From: Piedraia hortae CBS 480.64
Lineage: Eukaryota
Assembly (NCBI GenBank): GCA_010093745.1
Contig: MU005957.1
Location: 1 to 64,000 of the forward strand
DNA: 64,000 nucleotides
Direction of reading: 5' to 3'
Below are positions 21,962-37,738 of this stretch, piece by piece. The translations under genes were made by a program, and so were the position numbers. Under the pieces are notes generated by a model. The model saw nothing but the letters and a program-made list of their open reading frames with translations. It was not told the origin of the DNA and ran no database searches. Positions within the stretch are counted from its first letter, which is position 1, and every line of letters begins with the position of its first letter.

Positions 21962-26899
<4,938 letters not shown>

Positions 26900-27329
26900 T
26901 CAAGAGGGATGGATTGCAAGGTTACGATACGGCCATTTGTCCAAACACGAAAGTCAGCACAGAAGCTCAGCTTCGTCACTCCTCCGACGAAAACTGTTTT
27001 CATCCATAAATGGATCTGCAAGGGTTCACCGGAACGTGCCGTGACAGGGTACATCCGACCACATGTGTTGATGAAAGTCACGCAGCCTAAATAGTCGGCC
27101 ACTGTCCGGTGCAAGACTCCTACCCTTGTTGCCGTCATTTTCACATTCGTGCAATACATCCCCTCCATCGCGACAGTATACACTCTGAAGATAGCCGTAG
27201 TTCTCTCTCTACCAACCCCATAGACTGCTCTTCCAACACTGATGGATCTGCTCCACGAATCCCCAGTCCAAAAAGTTACTCTTCCGGGAGCAGGTCAGTG
27301 AACTCGCATTATACAGCAGTTTCTATCAA

Positions 27330-27330
<1 letters not shown>

Positions 27331-27370
<40 letters not shown>
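27331..27370. repeat. Poly(A)40 tract
   Basis: Direct reading; ~55 bp downstream of the tRNA. Confidence 0.95.
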
Positions 27371-27372
<2 letters not shown>

Positions 27373-27426
27373 AAGACACCACACAATCTGATCCCTCTGC
27401 AATAAAAAAAGATATAGAAAAAAAGA

Positions 27427-27526
27427 AGGTCCTACCCGGAATCGAACCGGGGTTACCGGAATACCAATTTTGGGTCGCCCCACAATCAATCAGAATCCGA
27501 TGTGCTGACCGCTACACTATAGAACC
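27427..27526 (-). tRNA. tRNA-Gln(CTG) with ~28-nt intron
   Basis: Minus strand GGTTCTATAGTGTAGCGGTCAGCACATCGGATT-CTG-A[intron]TTCCGGTAACCCCGGTTCGATTCCGGGTAGGACCT. The acceptor stem GGTTCTA/TAGGACC pairs, A and B boxes are present, and a T7 Pol III terminator lies just downstream. Confidence 0.95.
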
Positions 27527-27713
27527 CATTTCATATTACAATGAGCAAACAAATTAAATATAACCCTTTCAATCTATCTTTCGTCCCACCCGACCAAACA
27601 TCACCACACTTCTGATAACAATCACCCTACCCACCAACAACATCTCAACCAAACCATAGTCAATTTCCAATGTTAATACACCTGCCTAGGTCACGCATCC
27701 AAAACAAAAATGA

Positions 27714-30700
27714 TTACTTCAACCCAAACCCCTCACTCTCCTCCACCGCTCTCCACAACTTTTCCTCTAATATCCCCTCCGACTCATACCTCCACAATAC
27801 AAGGGTATTAAAACAAGTTCTCGCTACAGGGAATCGTTGGAGTTCTTCTTTCCCCCCTCCCCCCCATCCATCTCCTCCACAGGATATCCTTAAGACTAGA
27901 GACGTCGCGCCCATGGCGGGTATACGGTCTGAGCCTGTGATGAAAGTTAGGAGTTGGCGTTGGCGGACGGGGGTTGAGTTGGTGAAGATGTTCCAGAACC
28001 AGGTTATTACGGGGACGGTTTCGGAGGGGTTGGGGACGGTGGGGTGCGGTGGGGTGGGTGATTTCCAGTTTTCGTAGACGGCAACGGCTTTGAGAGTGTT
28101 GATGTCTAGGGCTTCGTCGGAGCCACGTATTAGGAGCTCGATTTCGTCGGCGCGAAAGAGAGAGAGGGCGTTGCCGGCACAGACGGTGAAGAAACCGCGC
28201 TTAAAGGGTTCGAATTGGCGGGCGACGCTTGTGTCGAGAAGGTAGCGCACGTAGGCGTCTACGAATTCGACTCGGTTTGAGTTTGTTACGGGTATGTTTT
28301 CGCCGTCGGGTTTGAGAGGGTGGTTTGTTATGCTGCCGTATTGTTCTATGGGTGCGACGAAGTCCCAGGCATAAGTTTCTTGCACGTCGCCGTCAAAGTC
28401 GAGGAGTTGTTGGAGCCCTGCGGCGAGAGATGGGCGGAATTCGGCTAGGTCGGAGAGGGTGTAGGTCATGTGTCCCCTGCCGATGACGGGTGCGATGGCT
28501 GCTGGCGCTGATGAGGTTGTAGGTGCCGCTGCCAGGAGTTTGCGAAAGGCAAATGGCGGGAATGCAACATCCAGGATGGTGGAATTGTAGATGGCCAAGC
28601 CGAGCAACGCTCCTACGAGATAGTACTGATCACTCGTCTCGAAGCTATGCGGGTTAAAGTAGCACGTGTGCGACTCGTTGTCGTACACAAACATGCCGTG
28701 ATTGGGATCGAAGATGTCACGCACCAGCATCAAAAACCATTCTTTTCTTGGACCGCCCGCATCGACGCCTTCTTCGCCCTCAAAATGCACTCGTAGGCCC
28801 TTCTTCAACTCTTCCTGGCCTGTGCCGACCGCTTCAGAGATCTGCCTCAAGCTATCATCGACCATGCACTCCCTTCTAACGCGCAAGTGGAAATGGCTGT
28901 TGTGTGCTGACTGATGCCATACTGTGTCAAACCAGGCCTGGCGTGCTTTGATTTGCATCTGTCTGTGTGCATCGTATTCCAATATTTTGATTTTTGCCCC
29001 CATAGAGAGAATGAACGGGTACTGACAAAACGAAAACTTTTCCCTTCGCAATTCCCACACTCTGAAATCAGCCACCGGATTTTGGTAGTCTAGAAGGGTG
29101 TTGTAAAACTGGCTATAATGCAATAGTCTGCCATTCTTCCTCCCTCGAAGCTTCTCCATGCCTGGATTTGCAGTGGTCGGACGACGGCCTTGCCACATGT
29201 TGTTAGCCGTAAAGAGCAAAGACAGGACTCTGGTGGCAGCCTTGATTTGCCAATCATTGGCCCAGGGCGTGTCATCTGATGATTCATCTTTGCGTGGAGC
29301 GACAGGTCCTACTGCACCGCCGCTGCTGCTCAATCCCCTGGCGGTGTGCAGTTGAGCCAAAGTATTAGCCGCCGAGTTTGAAAAGTCAGGAATGAGCCCG
29401 CTGTCCTGAACCGCATTCTTGCTAAGAGGACGGCTGGAGGCACGGGAGATTCTGTGGGTAAGAAACCCGTTTACCAAGTCCATCAGCCGCTCAAACTGGT
29501 CGGCTTCGTAGCGCGAGAACCATCCCACTAAACTTCGATGACAAGTTTCAGACGAGTTAGCCAAAAGCCCCAGAACGCGCTTAACGATTCCCATATGGGG
29601 CGGACCATCGGCCCTTGCAGGCTGAGCAGACGCCTGAGGATTGGGATGTGTCGTGGATCCGCTTGTATGCCGTGAAGGTACCCTTCCTGGTCGAAGTAAA
29701 GGGGCACCTGAAGCTGTCCGTCTCCGTCTCGTGGTACTAGGATTAAGCGACGGATTCGCAAGGACAAAAAGCAAGAAACGAATGTGTTCTGGCTCAGTCA
29801 AAGGCTGTGTCGGCCGCTTGAGCAGGTTTTCTGTGGTCTTCAGAAGAGCCTTGATAGCATGATCACGCGCTTCGGCCAAGTCTTCTTCAATCTCACGCAC
29901 ATTCGATGCACCTTCGAGACTAGCAGTAGAAGGGACGCCCGAAGACACCATCCGAGCGATATATGTCCTCCAATTTTTGCCGGCCGAGTACACCAAATCG
30001 TACCATTGGCGAAGACTGACCCAATCAATGTTTGGTGACCTTGATGATACAGGTCTCGGAAGACCATCTTCGGGTCTCTTCCGCTGTGATTTTCCCAGGT
30101 AGCGACTGTCAAGTTTCCCTGTCCACCACGAGCTGTTCTCACCCAAGTCTCCAACCAAGAGCATCTTAGCATCAAGGTCTGAAGAGCCCTCAAACGGCTT
30201 GGGGGATGTCGTGTCCACACGATCGGGCGTGGACTGAATGCTGCTCTCACTTAAGGCCCGTGTATGCGGCAGCAGTCTGATGGTGCTGAAAGCGCGGTTG
30301 ACACATCTGTAATCGCCAAAGCTATCGTTCATATAGTCTTCGAGCGGTTTGAAGATGACCTTAACCCTCTCGTATCGTTGTTTGTGCCACGATTCTGCAG
30401 ACACTTGTCTTGAACCGGGCGTTGAGTGTGATGGAGGTCTAGGATTAGGGGAAGGAATGCTAGTAGGATGAGGGCTATTAGAAGGAGATGGCAGGACAGG
30501 GCCATTAGCCGCAATAACAGGTGGTGGAGGCGGGCCCCTCGTAGGCTTAGGAGGAAGAGACATTGAAGGGACTCTTTCCACTGGCAGTTCCGGTCCGTGA
30601 GCTATCGAAGACGATAGACGAGGCGAGGGAGCTGCAGTGAGGAACATGGCCATGTCATCCAATTCGGTAAAGTCTCGAATTGTAGCTGATAAGGCTGGAG

Positions 30701-31529
30701 CGACATCCGTATCTGGGGCATCTGGTGGTGAGGTCGACAGGGGAGCATCGACCAACGTTCTGCCGACTGGCTCCGGCGCCTGAGATGGTGAACCGGGCCG
30801 CATTTGGGGCGATGGCATTGGCTCGTTCCGTATAGGTAATGGTGTTGCTTGTCCCTGCGCTGTAGGCGGTGGCGGTTGGTGCTCATGACGCCGACATCTC
30901 GATTGTAGGTAGTTTACTATGCAGTTGTCAATAATCGCTCTTGTTCGCTCCAAAGTCAGAGGCGCAGCTCGCCGAGGAATGCCGCTGGTTCCCGATGCAG
31001 CCTTCGCCTTGCCGTCCCCCTTTCCACCGTGTTCCGGCACTTGCTCATGCAACGGTTTCAGGTCACACACTGTCAGGCAGCCAATGCAACGGAAGTTATC
31101 CAGATGGCGAGGCACCATGACTCTGCTGCCGCAACATATGCATTTCCTCGACACTCGATTTTCGCCGTCCCTGGTCCCGCCACCTGTGCCGCTTGTGCTC
31201 CGGTTTGGGCCCTTTGGCGACGCTGGGTCGCGTAGCACTGGCTCCAGTTCATCGTCCAGGGGTACGTCGGCGTCATTGTAGGTGGCAGCGGTGATGGCAT
31301 CTTTGGCGCTCCTTCTGCGGCCAAAAACCCTGGGAAATGTATGGCTCGCCGATCGCGGCGCGGTGCGGTCGCCATTCAGCGCCGGTGAGTGATCGAGTCC
31401 GGGCTGGGCAGACCTCGAGGTCGAGAGCTTGCGCTCACGGCTCCCAGAGAGGTTGATGAACGAGTTGCGATTGGTGCCGCTGTTGCCGGACGAGCTGCTG
31501 AGGAAACGACTGGACCACGACGGGGCCAT
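27714..31529 (-). CDS. HUL4: HECT-type E3 ubiquitin ligase (Hul4-like)
   Basis: 'FSFCQYPFILS.G.K', 'LKK.LRV.F.GEEGVDAGGPRKEWF', 'LL.FITGSDRIP', catalytic 'P.ARTCFN.L' and C-terminal 'EGFGLK'. Confidence 0.93.
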   Translation of the reverse strand: MAPSWSSRFLSSSSGNSGTNRNSFINLSGSRERKLSTSRSAQPGLDHSPALNGDRTAPRSASHTFPRVFGRRRSAKDAITAATYNDADVPLDDELEPVLRDPASPKGPNRSTSGTGGGTRDGENRVSRKCICCGSRVMVPRHLDNFRCIGCLTVCDLKPLHEQVPEHGGKGDGKAKAASGTSGIPRRAAPLTLERTRAIIDNCIVNYLQSRCRRHEHQPPPPTAQGQATPLPIRNEPMPSPQMRPGSPSQAPEPVGRTLVDAPLSTSPPDAPDTDVAPALSATIRDFTELDDMAMFLTAAPSPRLSSSIAHGPELPVERVPSMSLPPKPTRGPPPPPVIAANGPVLPSPSNSPHPTSIPSPNPRPPSHSTPGSRQVSAESWHKQRYERVKVIFKPLEDYMNDSFGDYRCVNRAFSTIRLLPHTRALSESSIQSTPDRVDTTSPKPFEGSSDLDAKMLLVGDLGENSSWWTGKLDSRYLGKSQRKRPEDGLPRPVSSRSPNIDWVSLRQWYDLVYSAGKNWRTYIARMVSSGVPSTASLEGASNVREIEEDLAEARDHAIKALLKTTENLLKRPTQPLTEPEHIRFLLFVLANPSLNPSTTRRRRTASGAPLLRPGRVPSRHTSGSTTHPNPQASAQPARADGPPHMGIVKRVLGLLANSSETCHRSLVGWFSRYEADQFERLMDLVNGFLTHRISRASSRPLSKNAVQDSGLIPDFSNSAANTLAQLHTARGLSSSGGAVGPVAPRKDESSDDTPWANDWQIKAATRVLSLLFTANNMWQGRRPTTANPGMEKLRGRKNGRLLHYSQFYNTLLDYQNPVADFRVWELRREKFSFCQYPFILSMGAKIKILEYDAHRQMQIKARQAWFDTVWHQSAHNSHFHLRVRRECMVDDSLRQISEAVGTGQEELKKGLRVHFEGEEGVDAGGPRKEWFLMLVRDIFDPNHGMFVYDNESHTCYFNPHSFETSDQYYLVGALLGLAIYNSTILDVAFPPFAFRKLLAAAPTTSSAPAAIAPVIGRGHMTYTLSDLAEFRPSLAAGLQQLLDFDGDVQETYAWDFVAPIEQYGSITNHPLKPDGENIPVTNSNRVEFVDAYVRYLLDTSVARQFEPFKRGFFTVCAGNALSLFRADEIELLIRGSDEALDINTLKAVAVYENWKSPTPPHPTVPNPSETVPVITWFWNIFTNSTPVRQRQLLTFITGSDRIPAMGATSLVLRISCGGDGWGGGGKEELQRFPVARTCFNTLVLWRYESEGILEEKLWRAVEESEGFGLK

Positions 31530-31899
31530 CTGCCTGGGCCTACATTTATCGGCCTGAACTATAGCGGTGACGTTGTGAGTACGAGTAATGGATGGGCGGG
31601 TCTACGGTGCCACTCTGGGGCACGATGTCAAATACGACCTAGGGCAGAGACGCCACGCAAGGTGGCTACGCCGGCCTTAAATAGACCAGGCAAGGTAGCC
31701 CGAAGTAGATGCAGTCGAGCTGAAGCAATAGATCACAGTAAGAACGAGGGGGCATGACGTTGATGACTAGCCTCACCTGGGCCCCGGTCGCTTCTGGTTG
31801 GATGCCCCACCCCGACAGACAGGGACCGAAATTTGAACGGTCAGACATGCTTCTACGTACGAGCTAGCAAGACCCCATTCCACGCGATTCATAACCTGC

Positions 31900-32642
31900 T
31901 TATCTATAGCGCCACAGCGACAACGTGTTCTGTCGCTTCCACGTATGGCGACGTCCAGCACGAGTATGATTGTACCTGTGACCCTTGTTGAGACCGCGAC
32001 TCTTCTTGCCGATCGAAGTCAACCCACGCATCTCACGGTGCTTGTGCACAGGGTTGACGATCCAGTTGATGCGCGGGTCACGCCTAATGGCCTTATGCAT
32101 GGGGTCGACCAGGATGACTTCGAAGTACTTGTAGGTACTGTCCTGATTGATCCAGTACGAGTTCAGGACGCGAAGATTGGCGCAGCGGCGGCCAACGCGC
32201 TCCTCGGCCGTCGAGCGGAGCGATTTCTGGTACTTAAGCTGGTTGACTCCGTGATTCGTAGGCTTGCCGTACGTCGCACCCTTGGGAACGGGCCTCTTCC
32301 TTCCACCGCGACGAACACGGACACGGTAGATGACGTAGCCTTGCTTAGCCTTGTAACCCATGCGGCGGGCCTTGTCGGGGCGCGAGGGGCGCGAGGCGCG
32401 GTGGATCACGTTCAACTGACGGAGCTATATGATGTACTCTCAGCAAAGCGTTCAACGAGTACGATCAAGGCACAAGCAGATGCGTCTGGAACCTTGCCAG
32501 CATTTAGGCCAGCAGATCCAGCACATCGCCATATACCGCTCAGGTTTTGTCATACCTCCCAGCAACGAACACGCAGAAGAAAGCGCATAACATCGCTCTG
32601 CTTCTTCTTCTGAAGCTCTTCGAGATATTTGTGCGCACCCAT
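31900..32642 (-). CDS. RPL15: 60S ribosomal protein L15 (eL15)
   Basis: Exon 1 32642-32556 ([29 protein letters not shown]), intron 32555-32425, exon 2 '[27 protein letters not shown]...SLWRYR'. Probable 5'-UTR intron 32685-32643. Confidence 0.98.
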
Positions 32643-32908
32643 CTTGAAACGTCAGCTTTGTTTTCAGTCTGCATATGATGCTTACCTTGACTGTTGGCGC
32701 AGCGGCTGTTGGAAGTGGTGTTGAAGCGTGCGAGTGTGCGAGGAATTTGGGACTGCCAAGAGGCGGGGCGGCCCGGAGCTAAGTGCGGATTTACGTTTTT
32801 CCGAACGGCACAAAAGATGTGACAGCACGTCGACGGTCACGCCTATCGTGAATGTCACACTGGGTAAAATAACGATTGGTCTAAGATTCACACAGTACAG
32901 CCTATTGC

Positions 32909-33682
32909 CTACACACGAGTGAAGCGCAAATAGGGCTTCTCTTCCCGCACATTCCCAAACTTCTTCCGGGCATCCTCCGTTGTAACGGACGGTGGAACAA
33001 TGACATCCTCACCAGATTTCCAGTCAATAGGTGTTGCAATGCCTTTCTTGTCTGCCAGCTGCAAAGCATCGATGACACGGAGCACCTCGGCCGAGTTTCG
33101 GCCTGTACTCGCTGGGTAGATCATCATGAGACGAATCATCTTCTGTGGATCGATAATGAAGACGCTCCGAATGGTAAAAGCAATGCCTCCCTCTCGAGCC
33201 AGCCTTTCAACATCATCTTGCGAGATCATATCGTACAGCGAGGCAACTTTGCGGTCGGCATCCGCAATAATCGGGAATTGTAAGTTGGTGCGAGACAACT
33301 CATTGATGTCGTCAATCCATTTCTCATGAGAGCCAAGGTCATTGGCTGAAAGGCCCATCATCTTGACGCCACGCCTGTCAAACTCATCCTTCATGCGGGC
33401 AAAAGCCCCGAGTTCAGTCGTGCACACGGGGGTGAAATCTGCTGGGTGAGAGAAGAGAATCGCCCACTTGTCACCGATCCAGTTGTGAAAGTCAACGTCC
33501 CCATGAGTAGTCTTGGCTTTGAAGTTGGGAGCTACGGAACCAAGACGAAGACGGGGTTGCTCGGCCGCAGTGTTGATGCGACGCACAATGTTTGAGGTTG
33601 GCTTGAAGGCCTGGCGCGTATTGGCCACGGAGCGTGTGGAAACGCTTGATGCTACGCGAGCACTACGAACGAAAGAAGCCAT
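32909..33682 (-). CDS. PRX1: Mitochondrial 1-Cys peroxiredoxin
   Basis: 'FSHPADFTPVCTTELG' Prx6 motif and an Arg/Ser-rich presequence (MASFVRSARVASS...). Confidence 0.96.
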   Translation of the reverse strand: MASFVRSARVASSVSTRSVANTRQAFKPTSNIVRRINTAAEQPRLRLGSVAPNFKAKTTHGDVDFHNWIGDKWAILFSHPADFTPVCTTELGAFARMKDEFDRRGVKMMGLSANDLGSHEKWIDDINELSRTNLQFPIIADADRKVASLYDMISQDDVERLAREGGIAFTIRSVFIIDPQKMIRLMMIYPASTGRNSAEVLRVIDALQLADKKGIATPIDWKSGEDVIVPPSVTTEDARKKFGNVREEKPYLRFTRV

Positions 33683-33738
33683 GGCGTTGGTGTGTCTTGT
33701 GTCACAATTTTGTGACACACGGATGACACCTGCAACAT

Positions 33739-33763
33739 GATGACGTCATCGTCGGATCTACCC
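33739..33763. promoter_or_regulatory. CRE/ATF palindrome GATGACGTCATC plus CGGATCTACCC motif upstream of PRX1
   Basis: Perfect 12-bp palindrome at 33739-33750 and the motif at 33753-33763, ~60-80 bp upstream of the ATG. Confidence 0.55.
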
Positions 33764-33843
33764 GCTGAGTTTTAACGAGTGTGCAAGTGTAGCGCAGGGA
33801 TGTGCCAGCTTGAACATTAACATTAATTCATGCGTTCATACGT

Positions 33844-36375
33844 TTATAGGCTAAGTAGGCTTTGTTCCTTTGTTTGTTTTGGCCACGTCCAGTTGGTATA
33901 GTCCTCCGGATCCAGCCCCGTTTCGAATGCGTGATTCATCGATCGTGTGCGTCGGTTCAACAGCATCTCCCGTACAGCCGCACCTTTGTTGCCCAGCGTC
34001 TCAGACAGATTGTCGATGGCCAGCATTGCGATGCTGAAGCGGTCAATCTCATTGCGAATTGCGAGCACACCGGGTGTGTCCACGTTTCCGTGCTCCTTGT
34101 AGCCTCTGACGTGCATCTTTTCCTGACCCGCACGGCCATAAGTGAGTCTATGAATCAGCCAGGGGTAGGAGTGGAAGTTCATGACAACGGGCTTGTTCTT
34201 AGTGAAGATTTGAGCATATTCGTTAGCATCAAGCCCGTGCGGATGATATTGATGCGGTATGAGCTTGAAAAGGTCGACAACGTTGACGAAGCGGATCTTG
34301 AGCTGCGGTAGATGCTCGCGTAAGAGCGCGGTGGCAGCCAAGGATTCCTGCGTGGTCACATCTCCGCAACAAGCCATCACGAGATCTGGTTCCTCATTTG
34401 CATCGTTGGAGGCCCAGTCCCAAATGCCTATGCCTTTTTCGCAGTGAAGGGCGGCATCTTCCATGTTCAGGTACTGCAAGTGGGACTGCTTGTCAGCTAC
34501 GACAACATTGACGTAGTTGGAGGAGCGAAGGCAATGATCCATGACTGATAGCAGACAATTGCCATCTGGTGGCAAGTAGATGCGCACGACCTCGGGCGAT
34601 TTGTTGGCAATGACATCGAGAAAGCCGGGATCCTGATGAGTAAACCCATTGTGGTCTTGGCGCCAGACAGTGCTGGAAAGTAAAATGTTGAGCGAGGACA
34701 AGGTAGAGCGCCATGATACCTCATTGCACTTTTCAAGCCACTTGGCGTGTTGGTTGACCATGGAGGAGATGATGTGGACAAAGGACTTGTGGGATATCAG
34801 GTCAACATGTCAGAGAACTGCGGCTGTGAAACTTACCTCGTACGAGTTCAACATTCCATGTCGACCACTGAGAAGATAGCCTTCCAGCCAGCCTTCAACG
34901 TTGTGCTCAGAGAGCATTTCCATGACGCGACCTGCAGGGGCCAAGTTGCCGCCATCGTCATCCTCTGGCAGGTAACCATTTACCCAGACTTTTTTCGTTA
35001 CTTCATAGACGGTATCCAGTTTGTTGGAGGTTGTTTCATCAGGCCCCAGGAGACGAAAGTTGGTGGGATTATCCCGCATCACATCACGCAAAAAGCGAGC
35101 AAAATTTGCCATGCTGCCGTAATTCAAAGTTCCATGGGTGGACACATCAATTGCATAATCACGGAAATTCACCATCTTCAAGGGTTTCAATAGCTGTCCG
35201 CCATTAGTGATTGGATTGGCCGACATGCGTAGAGTGCCCTTGGGAGGAAGCTCTCTAAGCTCCGGGATGAGCTTGCCATCAGAATCAAAGAGCTCTTCGG
35301 GTTTATAGCTGCGCATCCATTTCTCTAGCATGTCCAATTGCTCAGGGTCTCCAACTGGATTGGTCAGCGGGACCTGATGGGCACGCCAAAATCCCTCCAC
35401 AAAATGTCCCTCAACCTTTCGCGGCGCAGTCCAGCCCTTGGCGGTACGAAGGATGATCATGGGCCAGTTGGGCCGGAATGGTTTCCTGGAATCACGAGCC
35501 TGTTTCTGGTAGGTGCGAATCTCCGTGACGCAGCGTTCAACAGTCGCAGCCATGGCCTGGTGCAGCTCGTCCAGATTGTGGCCCGAGACGATATAAGGCT
35601 TCCATCCGTAGCCCTGCATGAGCATGATGAGTTCCTTTTCAGGAATACGGGCTAAAACGGTTGGATTATTGATCTTGTAACCATTGAGATGCAGCACTGG
35701 AAGCACAGCCCCATCAGTAATGGGGTTGAGAAACTTGTTACTGTGCCAGCTCGTTGCTAACGGACCAGTCTCGCTCTCGCCATCACCGACAATGGTCAAG
35801 GCGATGGTGTTTGGGTGGTCAAAAACAGCACCAAAAGAGTGGGACAGGGAGTAGCCGAGCTCACCGCCTTCATGCAAGGATCCTGGGGCTTCAGGTGTCA
35901 TATGGGAACCGATGCCGCCGGGATAGGAGAATTGATGGAAGAACTTTTGCAAACCTTCGATATTTTCAGTCTTGTCAGGATAGACCTCGCTGTAAGTTCC
36001 CTCCAGGTAGAAGTTGCTCAAGAGCCCGGGAGCACCATGGCCAGGCCCACTGACAACGAACGCATCGAGATTATACTTCTTCACCATGCGGTTAAAGTGG
36101 ATATAGGTGAAGCTCTGTCCAGGATCACTGCCCCAGTGGCCAAGCAGACGAGGCTTGAGATGGTCTTTTTTGAGAGGCTCACGAAGCAAAGGGTTCTTCT
36201 TGAGGTAAATCATGCCAAGACAGATGTACATGGTAGCGTTGAAGTAGCGCGTCAGCTTGTTGCATTCTTCTTCACTGAGCGGTTCTTGATTAAGAGTGGC
36301 TTCTGTTTGGCGGTAAACAGACCACTTATCTTGGTCCTCCGTAAATGTCGAGGGGGGTTTTCCGGAATCGGCCAT
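33844..36375 (-). CDS. Xylulose-5-phosphate/fructose-6-phosphate phosphoketolase
   Basis: 'RLLGHWG', 'GPGHG', 'HEGGELGYSL', TPP motif 'GDGESETG..LHLNGYKI', 'E.LSEH..EGWLEGY.L.GRHG', 'WRQDHNGFTHQDPG'. A 51-nt intron 34836-34786 joins the two ORFs in frame. Confidence 0.97.
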
Positions 36376-37738
36376 GGTTGAAAGTCGACAACTTGTGAAG
36401 AGAGCGTGTAGAAGGGTCAAGGCTCAGTCGAGACGCTGGCTAAGGAATGATATATGCATGATGTAAGCAACAGTGCGTCATGTCGTTCCACCCACAGGTA
36501 GACCGACGTCATCAACTCGCGCATTGCACTATTATAACAGCTCATTATCTCTAGCTGACATGAAATGGAATGCCCAATGGCACGTTGATATATTACAGCT
36601 TTCCCGTGTCAAGACTCTCGAGTGCTTGTCAATGGCCAATGTCGTCCAATACAAGCTGTATCGCATGGGCTATCTTAATCCAATGCTGCACGTATTTACA
36701 GTGGTGGCTTCTCCTTAGAAGGCGGTTTACCAACGGAGCCACATCCAGATGGCTAAACTGAAGGAAGGCTGTTCATCAGCCTCGGCCTTCTAGTAAGGCG
36801 GTGGATTGAATCAAGCGATTTTACATAAGCAGGCAATTAGCGCCGATTATCAAACAAGCAGATGCATTGAGGCTTCCAGAAGATGTCATATGTTGGTAAG
36901 GATTGCCGGGCCTGTTTGGTGGGTTCGTGCTTGCCGGTGTCATGAATTGAGTGAAGTATGATGCTACATTAAGCAAGCTTTGCACCTTCAGGGACTGGAA
37001 AAGCAGTGAATTTGTGGAGGTATGACGGCTGCCAATTTGACATGTGTCCAGGCTATTTACGCTACAAGCTTGGAACGCCCAAGTGCAGGTATATGTGTAG
37101 CAATCTCGAAGTAACCCTGCCTGTCTCTCGCATTTGACATGTTACGCTAAACGAGGCACATGCGCGACCAAAGGATGGGGGCAGAGTCAGGGTTGCTGTC
37201 GCTAAGCTGGCTCGCATGGATCGAGGCGTTCGCCCGGTGAGCCGGGACGAGTCATGGCTTCAGACATCGTATAGGCTAGAATAGTTGGACATCCAGGGAG
37301 GTGATATGTCGACCCCTGTCACGCCAACCTGTCTTGGGTGGACAAGAAGGTTGAAACACTACCGACCGGTCGGCAGTCGTATTCGGGTTTCGGCCCCATC
37401 TGCAACCGTACGACATGGCTACCCACGACAAGGCCCGCGTGACTGGGGACAGGTAAACGCAGTGGCTCAACGTCACAACGGGTGAAGAATGACAAACGAC
37501 GCGTAAGGGACGCAACGGGCTCCAGGGAGATGCATGAATTACCCAATGAGAGGCTTCGGGATCGACGGTGGCTCACCCGCGCCTCGACCCCTGGGACAGA
37601 AGCGCTAAACATAGCCGAGCAACCGGCTAAAGATAATAACAACATTGGGAATCCGCTTGCACGCAGCTCGCGGATAACCTTGACTTGGCTGCACCCTTTG
37701 TCCCTCCAACCCACTCTCTCCACCCGCACATTCTTGCA

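Noticed and set aside
36420..37700. Telomerase RNA, RNase P/MRP, SRP or U3 identity for the structured intergenic region
   Set aside because: No TAACCCTAA template on either strand, only partial AACCCTG, and no recognisable conserved boxes. Left as an unassigned candidate.
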